Source of the DNA: Azolla caroliniana | Lineage: Eukaryota > Plantae > Polypodiophyta | Length of the DNA: 64,000 nucleotides | NCBI GenBank assembly: GCA_043228905.1 | Contig: JBHGNT010000015.1 | Coordinates: 13,454,001 to 13,518,000, forward strand | Direction of reading: 5' to 3' | Shown here: piece after piece, positions 1 through 11,100 of the stretch | Layout of the letters: the number at the start of each line of letters is the position of its first letter | How positions within the stretch are numbered: the first letter of the stretch is position 1 | Notes under the pieces: model-generated | Told to the model about the DNA's origin: nothing | What the model saw: the letters and a program-made list of their open reading frames with translations, nothing else | Database searches by the model: none | Program-made: the position numbers and the translations under genes

Positions 1-5
1 AGGAG

Positions 6-3000
6 TTGAGCAACCTACGACAACGCGACTTGTCGGTGGCGGACTATACCTCGAAGATCAAGGATATCTGCGACTCCCTCGCCTCCATAGAGGTGAACAT
101 CGAGGAGAGCGAGATGGTCCAGATCTGTCTCGGAGGTTTGGCGTTGAAGTTCAAAGCGTTCCGAACGGCTATGTGTACCCGGGAGAATACGCCGTCCTTT
201 TTCGACTTACAGTCAATGCTCCTGGTAGAGGAGAACCACGTGGGTGTGTCTATAAGCATGCACACCGACAACAGAATGCTGTACATGGAGGGAGATAGGC
301 CCCGTGGACGTGGAGGACGAGGCGAGTCGGCGCGCAATGGAGGCGGCCGACGAGATCAAGAAAGAAGACACCAAAGTGATGCCGACAGCAACTCCGGACC
401 CTCCGGAAACAGGGGGAGTCGAAGCGATGAGAACCGGCGAGGGAAGGCCATCGCGGACTGCTGGTACTGTGGCAAGAAAGGCCAAAGGGAAAGTGAGTGC
501 TGGAAGAAGCGCGCTGATTCGGAGAGAACCGGTTCCGGAAACAGCTCCGGACATACCGACAAGGGAAATCGGTAGTGATCGCACTACGCCGAAGACTCCG
601 GGAGAGCCGGAGAAGGGTCTGCCTTCGTGACAAGACACGAAGCAAACTGAATGAAATAGACCACCCCGAGATCGGACGAGGTGTGGTACGTAGACTCCGG
701 CGCGTCAAACCACATGACGAGCCATAAGGAGTGGTTCTCGTACCTTGAAAAACCGATACAACCTGGAGTAGTCGCAATTGGAGACGACACTCTGCACCCG
801 ATTGCGAATGTCGGAGAAGTTCCCCTTAGCCATGTCGGGCAGAAAGGGAAACTCATGAACATGCTGCACGTTCCGACTATCACGAAGAACTTGGTCTCGG
901 TCGGATAGATCGTTGACCAAGGGATGGAGGTTCGGTTTACACACCTCGGGTGGTTCATTGAGGAAGAAGGCCGTGTGATTGTGCAAGGGCGCAGAGACGG
1001 GAGGATGTTCATCCTCGACTCCACTGACGGCGGCACCACAATGTTCGTGAAGGGACAAAAATCCGAGTCGGACATCGACTTGTGGCACAAGCGGATAGGC
1101 CACGTCAACTACCAGCGGCTTCAAGATCTGCAATCGAAACAGGTAGTGTTCAGATTGCCCAAATTTAGTGGCCGAAAGGCACAAATTTGTGAAACCTACC
1201 AGCTCGGGAAGCAACACCGACTTCCTTTCCCCAACGAGCGAAACCGGAGCCGGAACAAGTTCGACCTTATACACTCCGATGTATGGGGGCCGACACAAAA
1301 CGTTAGTCTTGGCGAGAGCCGATATTTCGTCTCCTTCATCGACGACCACACGCGGCACACGTGGATCTACCTCATTGAGAGGAAGAGCGAAGTCTTCGAC
1401 TATTTCCGGGACCTCAAAGGGTTCGTGGAAACAGAAACGGGACGAAAGATCAAGTGCCTGCAGTCGGATGGCGGGATAGAGTACTTTTCTGGTCAATTCA
1501 ACGGTTATCTACAACAAATGGGAATTCGGCGCGAATTCAGTTGTAGATACACGCCGGAGCAGAACGGTGTGGCCTAGAGGAAGAATCGGTCAGTTGTGGT
1601 AGCAACACGAGCAATGCTGGAGGAGAAGAGCTTGCCCAAGTTCTACTGGGCCGAGGCGGTAAGGACCGCGGTATACATCCAAAACCGGATCGGAGACAAA
1701 GTGTCGGTGCACGAGCTATATTTTGGAACGAAGCCGAACTTGCTACACTTGAGGGTGTTCGGTAGCATTGCGTATGTGCATGTACCGAAGGAGAAAAGGA
1801 GGAAGCTGGATGCAAAGGCCGAGAAATGCATCTTGGTCGGTTACTCGGACGAACAGAAGGGTTATAAGTGCTATAACCCTCGCACCAAACAAGCGCGTGT
1901 TAGCCGCAACGTTGTGTTTGACGAGTCCGCGTCCTGGTACCAGCCCCCGACTCCGAAACCCGACTCCAATCCGAGCTCTGATGATGAGGTCAGCAAGGCC
2001 GAGATGCCTCTGAATGAGCCTGAAATCGAGACCCGCGAAGAGAGTTCGATTTCACTCCGTTTAAGTGGACCGATTGGACGACTGAGTCGGTATGACCAGT
2101 CCGATGAAGAGCCGGCGAATAGTGGAGACTCGGCCGTGCATTCCCCGTGCAAGAAGCCGAGGAGACGGCTTACACGCAAAGAGAAAGGGAAGAAGAAGGT
2201 GTCGGATTCCGGCACGGATAAGAACGAGTCAGAACGACGTGAGTTCGACTTTGAGGGAACCGATGACGGGTCTTTAAAGATGAAGACCGCGTCGACCGAG
2301 AAGGCCTCCACATCGGCTAATGTGAAATTATGCCGATCTACCTGCTAGAAGAATCCTATTTTGTGGTTCGGATACAATGAGTACATGGCGCATCATTATG
2401 CGTACATGACCTGTGTAGCGGAATCGCGTGAGCCGGAGAGCTACGCAGAAGCGGCTGAAGACGCGAATTGGCGTGCCGCGATGGAGGAAGAGATGCACGC
2501 ATTGGCGGAGAACGAGACCTGGGACCTGGTTAACAAACCAACAGGGGTTAAACCGATTGGGTGTAGGTGGGTGTACAAGGTCAAGTACAACACCGATGGC
2601 TCGGTCAACCGGTACAAGGCTCGGCTAGTGGCAAAGGTCTACGCGCAAAAACACGGCATCGACTACGATGAGACGTTTGCGCCGGTCGCGAAAATGACGA
2701 CCGTTCGTGTTTTGCTCGCAGTAGCTGCGGTGAAGGGGTGGCACTTACATCAGATGGATGTAAAGAATGCGTTCTTGCAAGGTGACCTTGAGGAACAGGT
2801 GTACATGGTACAACCCCCCGGTTTTCACTCTGGAACGAACTCCTCGGCAGTATGCCAACTGAAGAAGTCCCTTTACGGACTGAAGCAAGCCCAGCCTGCC
2901 TGGAACGCGAAGATCACGCAACAACTACGTCGGATGGGCTTCGTCACGTCCAAATCGAACTCTTCCCTGTTCACCCGGAAAGATCGACTCGGACCGGTTA

Positions 3001-4238
3001 GTATTTTACTATATGTTGATGACTTTGTCATCTCTGGCGCCGACCTAGGTGAAATCGACTGCGTGAAGCTCCAGCTTGTGGCATCGTTCGACATGAAGGA
3101 TCTGGGGGACCTTCATTACTTCCTCGGGATCGAAGTGATCTGTACCCCCGAAGGCATATTAATCAGCCAACGTCATTACGTGTTGAGTATGCTCTTCAAA
3201 TTCGGGATGGCCGACTGTAAGTCCGTCTCGACTCCTCTGGACAGAACCGTCAAGCTTCGTCCCGATACGGGAAAGGTATGCGACCCGACGAGGTTCCGAC
3301 AAATTTTCGGAAGCCTCATATACTTGACCATCACCCGACCCGACCTCAGCTATCCGATCGGAGTGATCAGTCAGTTCATGCCGCGACCTACCGAGGAGCA
3401 CCTTCAGTGTGCGCAACACATACTTCGGTATGTCAACGGTCCTAAGGACCGGGGACTGCTATATCGGACCGGTGCAACCGCGTAGTTAGTCAGCTACACC
3501 GATGTTGATTGGGCTGGCAACGCTGCCGATCGCCGATCCACATCCGGATATGCGTTCTCCCTCGGGAGTGCCACGATCGCGTGGAGTAGTAAGAAGCAGC
3601 CGACAGTTGCACTGTCGAGCACCGAAGCTGAGTACCAAGGAGTGGCTGTCGCGACATGCGAAGCCATATGGTTGAAGCGGCTACTTAAGGACCTGCAAGA
3701 GGAGGTGTCAGATCCGACGACGATCTACTGCGACAACTTCAGCAGCATCCAGCTCGCGAAAAACCCTGTTTTTCACGCACGGACCAAGCACATTGAGGTG
3801 CACTACCATTTCGTCCGAGAGCGTGTACTTTCCGGTGAAGTCAAACTTCAGTACGTGTTGACGGATCGGCAGACTGCCGACGTCTTCACTAAGCCTCTTG
3901 GTCTGGACAAGTTGCGGCAATTCTCAGGTGCACTCGGATTGCGTCACCTCGATGTGCCAAACTTGAGGGGGAAAACAATCCCGAACGACCAAGCAAGGCA
4001 GCAGGAAAGGAGCGGAGACCGCGACACCACCGAGTCGGTTGACTCGGTTGTCGAGTTCGACTTCGGATCGGTTGAAGAAGCCGAGGGCGGACCCGCGGAA
4101 AAGTCCGGAAGCGGAAAGAAGGGGAGCAGCCGAAGGAGAGAGCCGAAGCCAACCACGCATGGGGAAGATGACGCCATCGAGGGCGAGAAGACCGAAGACA
4201 AGTTGGAGACAGCCAACTCGGACAAGAGCGAAAATTGA
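6..4238 (+). pseudogene. gag-pol of copia A1, interrupted by in-frame stops
   Basis: ORFs 6-575, 681-908, 924-1577, 1596-2348, 2361-3485 and 3642-4238 lie in the same frame, separated by stop codons. Confidence 0.93.
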
Positions 4239-4505
4239 TCGGAGGTAGCTGAATCGGTTCGGATGTTTGATTCAAATACGTTGAATCAACCGAGGCCCAA
4301 GTGGAAGAAAAGGCAGTAGGAGAAGCGTCAACACCGCAACAACAGAAGAGCTGATAAGGGCCACATGAGCAGACAAGCCGACCGGAAGGGTCGAAGCGCG
4401 CGGAGTCGAATAGGTCGAGGAGCGCGAGCGAGGCGTGAAGCCAGGAGGAACCGGAGCTGTGAGCCCGAAGATCCCGAAGAGCCTCAAGTTGAGCTTGAGG
4501 GGGAG

Positions 4506-4958
4506 TGTTGAGAGACAAGCTCAACATCGGCCGGATCGGCTGAAGAAGCCGAGGACCGGATCGGTTGGGACCGATCGGTTAGGCTGAATGCGTAAACCGG
4601 TACGCAGACCGGTGCTTAGGTAGGGCCGGATTGGTACGTAAACCGGGAGGCCGTTAGGAAAGATATTCCGTGAGGAATATATTTGGGAGTTAGTGTAGGA
4701 GCTCTCAATGAGCATTGAAGTACTGTCAGTACTTCTGTCAGTCCTTCTAGGACTTGTATAAAAGTGTTCATTGAACACACATATGTATAGAGTGGTGAAT
4801 AGAGATTGTGTATTTTTTGAATATAGATCTTGTGCTCTCTCTCTCTCACTCTCTCTGTCTCTCCCGCGTATACTGCGTAAGCTCAAGCTCTCCATTAAAC
4901 TTGAGCGTTCTTCCTTCTGTTCGGTCTTCATACTTGCTTCCGCACGCTACTTTTTACA
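4506..4958 (+). repeat. 3' LTR of copia A1
   Basis: TGTTGAGAGACAAGC...TACTTTTTACA, directly after GAGGGGGAG. Closely matches the LTR at 26808-27255. Confidence 0.95.
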
Positions 4959-5152
4959 TATATGTTGTAATTCGGTTCGACATAGAGTAACAAAAGATCC
5001 ACGTCACGACTTGAAATATTGCATAATCCCATTAGAGGAACAATTTCTAAGCTATTTTTATAGAATTATTATTAGCAAATCTGAGTATTTTACACAGGTT
5101 TTACTATTAAAGCCAATAACGTTTCTTTTCCAAAACCAAGGGGGGGTCTAGC

Positions 5153-5407
5153 ACGTATATTGATAACCTAAACTTTGATGAAATTAATGATCTATACCGA
5201 GTATCAAGCGTAGAAGTAGGTTAACATTCCCACTGGGAAATAGGAGACTTTCAAGTTCATGCACAAGTTCTTGTAACCCCTTGGGTAGTAATCGCAATTT
5301 CGTTGGCTTTACCAATCGTGACTACCCGTAATCTCGAAACTGTACCGACTGGTAGCCAAAATTTCATTGAATATATTCTCGAATTTATTAGGGATTTAAC
5401 TAGAACT
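5153..5407 (+). pseudogene. atpI: Plastid atpI 5' fragment (NUPT) with unedited codons
   Basis: Translates (ACG)[48 protein letters not shown]...[17 protein letters not shown], matching the AtpI N-terminus (VEVGQHFYWQIG...QVHAQVLITSWVV...QNFFEYVLEFIRD). Confidence 0.93.
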
Positions 5408-5409
5408 GA

Positions 5410-5625
5410 ATTTCGGGTCAGATGTGAGAGACGGAGCACCTGATAATGCATATTCACGGACCAGGAACTACAGGATCACCCTCGTCATTTGACAGGTGAC
5501 AGAGGGATCATATTACACGAGCCTTTTTTGCTTCCCTCGGGGGTCCATCGGAGCAGCAATTGATGAAAGTTATACAAGTGGGGTCCAAGTCCTAGAAAGA
5601 CTCCTCGGAGAGGGGAGGATCTCGG
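5410..5625 (+). other. Plastid trnI-GAU group II intron fragment (NUPT)
   Basis: GGAGCACCTGATAATGCATATTCACGGACCAGGAACTACAGGATCACCC...GGTGACAGAGGGATCATATTACACGAGCC resembles the recalled trnI intron stretch GGAGCACCTAACAACGCATCTTCACAGACCAAGAACTACGAGATC...GGTGACGGAGGGATCGTACCATTCGAGCC. Boundaries approximate. Confidence 0.7.
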
Positions 5626-5627
5626 AT

Positions 5628-5770
5628 TCCACGTACTTTTCCATTAAGGTGCGTATCCTTCTATCTTCCTCAAGGAATTTTGGATAATCTTCCATTTGTG
5701 CAAACCAATAAGAAAAATACTTCTGGTTTACACCGAGTCGAAAGCCGAGTGGATGAATTTTTCGTCCCGT
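5628..5770 (-). pseudogene. rps3: Plastid rps3 5' fragment (NUPT), ACG start
   Basis: Minus strand translates (ACG)GRKIHPLGFRLGVNQKYFSYWFAQMEDYPKFLEEDRRIRTLMEKYV, the Rps3 N-terminus (GxKIxPLGFRLG...WFAQ). Confidence 0.92.
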
Positions 5771-7342
5771 ACATTTACTATAGAAAATTGATGTATATTC
5801 TAGATTTCTCTAGAACATTCTAGAAACTTTAGGAGTACTCCTGAGAACACTATAAAAGGAGGTACAAGGCATTATTTTGAACCAAATCGGTTCAACGCCA
5901 GTCTTAAGCCTCCTAGCTACTATTGTATATTCTCTTAACATAATATATATCTTTTGTTATCATCTCTCTCTCTCTCACTCGCTCTTTCCTTCTCTCGAGA
6001 GTTCTACACCTCCCTTAGTACTAATCCTCATCTTTTAGTACTAATTCCTTCTCTATCTTAGTATTGTTCCTGACAATACTTCTTTGTCTTAGTACTGCTC
6101 ATGACAGTTTGAACCAAATTTGTCTCCTTCCTTCTCTTCCTTTATCTTCTTACTTCTCCCTCCCTTTATACTAATCTCTTATTCCTCTTTTCTCTCATAC
6201 TATGGCCACTGTTAGTGCTCAAGAATATCAATCCGTTTTTTTGTAGTTGCAATGCTTGAAAGAGAAGTTTCTCGCATTGGAACAAGAAAATCAACGACTA
6301 TTGGGAGAGCTTCAACAAATCTCCTTAGAGAAGTAGAAGACGCAACAATAACATGGGGAACTAATGTTATGCGTGCAACAACTTGAAGCAACCATAGTAG
6401 CAATGCAACAACAAGGACCCAATACACAAGGGGTTCATAAAGAACCCAAGATCGGCCTTCCCATGAAATTCAATGGAACACGATCACAGTTTAGAGGATT
6501 CTTTAATCAGGTACGATTAGTCATTCAAATGCATCCTTCCCGATATCCCACCACGATGCATCACGAGTGGGTTTAGTAGGCACGTTGTTAAGTGGCTCAA
6601 CTTTGGCATGGTTTGCTCCGTTGTTAGAAAAGGAATCTCCTTTACTAAACAATTTTGAAGAGTTTTTAAGTGAGTTTAAAGCATGTTTTGGAGATACTGA
6701 AAGCATAAGGACAACAATCAATAAAATCTGATGATTACGTCAAGGTGATTGTCTAGCCTCCGCATACACTGCAGATTTCCGCCTACTCGCCTCCGATATC
6801 CCTTGGGATGACCAAGCACTTATGGAGCAATTTCGTTATGGTCTACGTAACGATGTCAATGATTTACTCTTCACCTTCCCTGAAGAACCAAAGTCATTGA
6901 CAGAAGCAATCAGTCGCGCGGTGAGATGCGACAACCGTCTTTTCAAACAACGTTCGGAACGTTAGTTCTAGATGCCAAGGGCAAGATTAGAGCCCACCTA
7001 TGCCTCAGTGTTAGCAAAACCTTTTCCAAGGGAGTCATATAATGCGTCTCCAGTGAATACTCCAACTCCGATGGAAATTGACACTACACGTTGTCGCGGA
7101 CCATTATTGGAAGAAGAAAAGCAGCGACGCCGAGCAAATCAACTATGTCTTTATTGCGGTGGACCAGGGCATATTGCAATGAATTGTCACCATAGGACAA
7201 GAAGACAGGTGAATCAAATAGTTGCTAGTTCTAATTGTACTAAACCCGAGTCTATTTCACTAGGAATATTTGATAGTCCTAATAGTACTAATAGCCCAAA
7301 TCTATCGAACAAATTTGATGTCCTTAGTCAATTAGAAAAAGA

Positions 7343-7394
7343 GTTAAACGACTAAGTCTAGCCAAAATAGGAGCCGTTTGGTTGGACAACCCTA
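7343..7394 (+). promoter_or_regulatory. Putative -1 ribosomal frameshift signal at the end of gypsy B gag
   Basis: G_TTA_AAC (7343-7349), 6-nt spacer, stem GTCTAGCCAAA/TTTGGTTGGAC (7356-7366/7377-7387), loop TAGG able to pair with CCTA at 7391-7394. The -1 frame stays open for about 55 codons toward the protease. Confidence 0.7.
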
Positions 7395-8111
7395 GATCTG
7401 TGCAACCCATTAGTGGTTCCATTCCCTCTAAGCAAGTTAGCAATGTGTGCTTAGCCCAAGTAATCGTTAGTACTAAAAGTAACTCTCTAGTACCTCTCCA
7501 GTACATGTCTCAACACTCGTAGATTCCGGAGCTAATTCTTGCTTCATGGATAGGAATTTTGCCCAAGCTCATCAGATGTCCCTAAGAAAACTCCCGTGTC
7601 CAGCCTTTGTAGTAGTCATTGATGGTCGTCCCATTGCTTTGGGAAATATCATAGAAGAGTCAAAGGTCGTTAATATTGTCCTAGATAATTTAGCGTGTGC
7701 AGTATCCTTTAATATAATTAGTATCCCAGAACATCCCATTGTTTTGGGATTACCATGGCTCAAATTACATAACCCAAACATAGATTGGAGAACAAGAGAA
7801 ATCTGGTATCAACAAACCCGAGGATCTATTCATAAGATTGCAACCATTTTGCTACATCAGTTGCGTGAGGAAGGACGCAAGGAAGAAATGTTTCTGTTCG
7901 CAGTATCAGTAAGACCCTCCAACACCACTAAAGAGGAGTCCATCGTTCAACTTCCAGAAAAGTATTGTCATTATGCCGATGTGTTCGATAAAGTACAAGC
8001 CAATACGCTTCCTCACCATCAACTGTATGATTGCCCCATCGATTTACAACCGGGAAAAGAGCCACCATGGGGACCGATCTATAATTTGTCACCAACCGAG
8101 CTAGAAGTCCT

Positions 8112-11100
8112 TGTTGGCATAAAAGACTGACTCCTTCCAAGTTGTATCCGTCCGAGTGTGAACTCGTTAAAAAGTTAGGGCTTAGTATATAAGTGAATAC
8201 CTAACATTTTAATGAGAGAGGATGACGAGTAGACGATTGTAATCTCTGAGAGAGGAAAAAAAGAAACGCGTTGTGCAGAAATAAGAAGCTTTCCATTAAA
8301 GCTTGCAATTGTGTAAGTCTATATCTGGCTTCTCTATCTTTTGTGTGTATGTTGTTTGCTGTTCATAGCCATAAGATCTGAACACACACTTCCGCATAAC
8401 CGTTGAAATTAACCAACAAGTGGTATCAGAGCTGTGTTCTGTTGTGTGGAGGCAACAGGTAACAGAAGAAGAAGCTGAAAGAAAAGACCAGGTTAGAAAC
8501 ATCAAATCCACAGAAAGAATATGGCTTCAACATCCAGAACAGGAGTTGAAATTAGAAAGTTAGACGACAAAAACTTTGCCTTGTGGAAAGAGATGATGCA
8601 GGATGTGCTGATTATCCGAAGACAGGTCGAAGCCATTCGGCATAACGAAAATCCTGCTTCGATGACATCAGAAGAGTGGAGATCAATGGGCGAAATAGCA
8701 CGCTCCACCATCCGAATGCATCTGCTGAAAACGTCTATTTTAGCATCGCAAGAGAGACGACAACGTTCTCATTGTGGGAGAAATTACAAGTTGTATATGA
8801 AGAGAAGTCCTCATCTTCAAAACTGATATTGATCAAACAATTGTTCAACATGAAGATGAAAGAGACTGATCTGGCAACATCCCACATCAACACCTTCAGC
8901 CGGGTGTTGTCAGAGCTCTCGTCCCAAGGGATCAACTTTGAAGAAGAAGTGAAAACCCTTGCCCTCCTATCGAGCTTGCCGACGAGTTGGGAGGTATTCT
9001 GTATGACATACGCCAATAGCCCACCGATCTTGAATTTGGACGAAACAACCGGCAAAGTCCTCACAAAGGACATCAGGCGAAAATCGATGGGACTATCCAT
9101 CAACGAGTCGGCAAAAGCCCACCACTTGATCGAGTCGTTTGACCGACAGAGTCGACCGAAAGAACAAGCCGACAGAACCGGTCGACGATATAGTCGATCG
9201 AGAACGAGGGGAGACCGACAACGGTCGAAGTCGAAAATGGGCCGAACAAGCGAGTACTGCACGCATTGCAAGAAAGTTGGCCACAACGTTTCCAACTGTT
9301 GGTCAATAAAAAGAAAAGAGAGTGGTCGGCAATCCGAGCGGAATCGGAGATGTTGCTGACACCCGATCCGGAGAAATCCTCCCCCTAGAGGATTCGATGA
9401 TCGGAGAAGGCCTCTATAGTGCATAGGATGCACACATGTGGCTACTAGACTCTGGTGCCACATTTCACGTGACCCCCAACGTTGAATGGTTCTCAAACTA
9501 TTCAGCCGACATCAATGACACAGTCCGATTGGGAAATGGGTAGGAGTGCAAGATAGTCAGAACTGGGGAGGTTCCCATCAGATTGCCAAATGGCAACACA
9601 ATAACCCTGCACCGAGTTCGGCACGTACCCGATCTAAAGAGGATTCTGGTCTCCATCGGCATGTTAGCCAAAGACGGGCATCAAACGACTCTACACGAGT
9701 CGACATGGGTGATCACCCGGGGAAACCTAAAAATCGGGAGTGGGTACAAGTACAACAATCTGTACCCATTGATGGTGATCAACCCTGAAGGGGCCGTGAA
9801 CGTAGCCGAGAAAACCGACCCAAACTTATGGCATGGCCGACTTGGCCACATGTCTCAAGCCGGACTTGATCGGCTGATGTCGGTCGGTTGCATCCCGAAA
9901 CTCCAGGCAAAGACGAACTTCTGCGAGCATTGTCGATATGGGAAACGGACCCGAAGTCCATACTCTCTCCACTACGAGACGGTACGACAACCCCTAGAGC
10001 TCGTGCACACAAACATATGTGGGCCCATGCTAGAGCGATCACTAGGAGGCTCCTGGTACTTCATCACATTCTTAGATGACTATACATGGAAAGTTTGGGC
10101 ATACTCCATCAACTCCAAAGATGAAGCGCTCGAGGTCTTCACTCGATGGATATCTGAAGTCGAGAACTGGCCGGGACACTGAGTGAAGACACTCTGATCC
10201 GACAACGGAGGTGAGTACACCTCTAGAGCCTTCGAACAGTACTTGTCTGATAAAGGGATCCGACATCAAAAGACCGTTCCTTACACACCCATGTAGAATG
10301 GGGTGGCTGAACGGATCAACCGAACGATCCAGGAGAGGTTGACGGCAATGCTCCAGCAAGCCGGACTGAAGCTGGAATTCTGGGCCGAGGCATTGCAGAC
10401 AACAATGTACTTGATAAATCTAGCACCGTCAAGAGCAATCAGGCTCAAAGTGCCACATGCACTATGGTTAGGCAAACAGCTGACCTACAATAGGCTCTGT
10501 ATATTCGGATGCGAAGCCTACACGTTCATCCCTAGGGACAAAAGGACGAAGTTGGCACCCCATGCAACAAAGTGCATATTTCTTGGTTATGGAACCGATG
10601 GGGACTTCGGCTACAGGCTATGGGACCCTGAGAACCGGAAATTGATCTGGAGCAGCGACGTAGTCTTCAATGAAGACTCTATCTTCTCTCAATGGAACCA
10701 GTAGAAAACAGTGGGCAAGAAGGTATCCTTCGAAGATGATAACGTCATCGTAGAAAAATAGAACCACTGGGTCGAATCAGAGAGTCAACACACAGTTGAA
10801 CTCCAACCAGCCGACAATGTCCCAGGCAACACCGAATCGGCAATAAGTCGCAACGTCGAACTCAAAGACAAAGTCATCAAAGATAGAGCCGAATCGACGA
10901 AGGTCGATCAAGGCAGAGTCAACAAGGGACAAGTCAGAAAATAGTCGACAACAACCATAGGGGAGAACAACCAGACACCGTTGAAATCCCAAACCGGGGG
11001 CGGAATACTGAATGAGACTCTTGATTCAACTGGTTCAACAAATGCCGATCGTAAAAAAGAACCAAACGAAGAATCCGAACTAGATATTACGTCACCCAGG

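Larger units (their letters stand above)
1..4958 (+). mobile_element. Ty1/copia LTR retrotransposon A1 (5' end outside window), decayed
   Basis: Copia domain order: gag zinc knuckle CWYCGKKGQRESEC, protease WYVDSGASNHM, GAG-pre-integrase LWHKRIGH, integrase HSDVWGP...[25 protein letters not shown], RNase H IYCDN...HARTKHIE. Several premature stops. PPT about 4497-4505, 3' LTR 4506-4958. Confidence 0.97.
4972..5773. other. Nuclear plastid DNA (NUPT) mosaic inserted in the 5' LTR of gypsy B
   Basis: Absent from the 3' LTR, where 26 bp (16095-16120) occupy the same position. Contains atpI 5' part, a trnI-GAU intron-like segment and rps3 5' part. Confidence 0.9.

Noticed and set aside
44-4527. 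Recurrent antisense and alternate-frame ORFs in copia A copies
   Set aside because: Expected shadows of GC-rich coding sequence. They recur only because the element is repeated.
5153-5770. Functional nuclear atpI or rps3 genes, or plastid contig contamination
   Set aside because: Short truncated fragments with no transit peptide, embedded at a defined position within a nuclear LTR.
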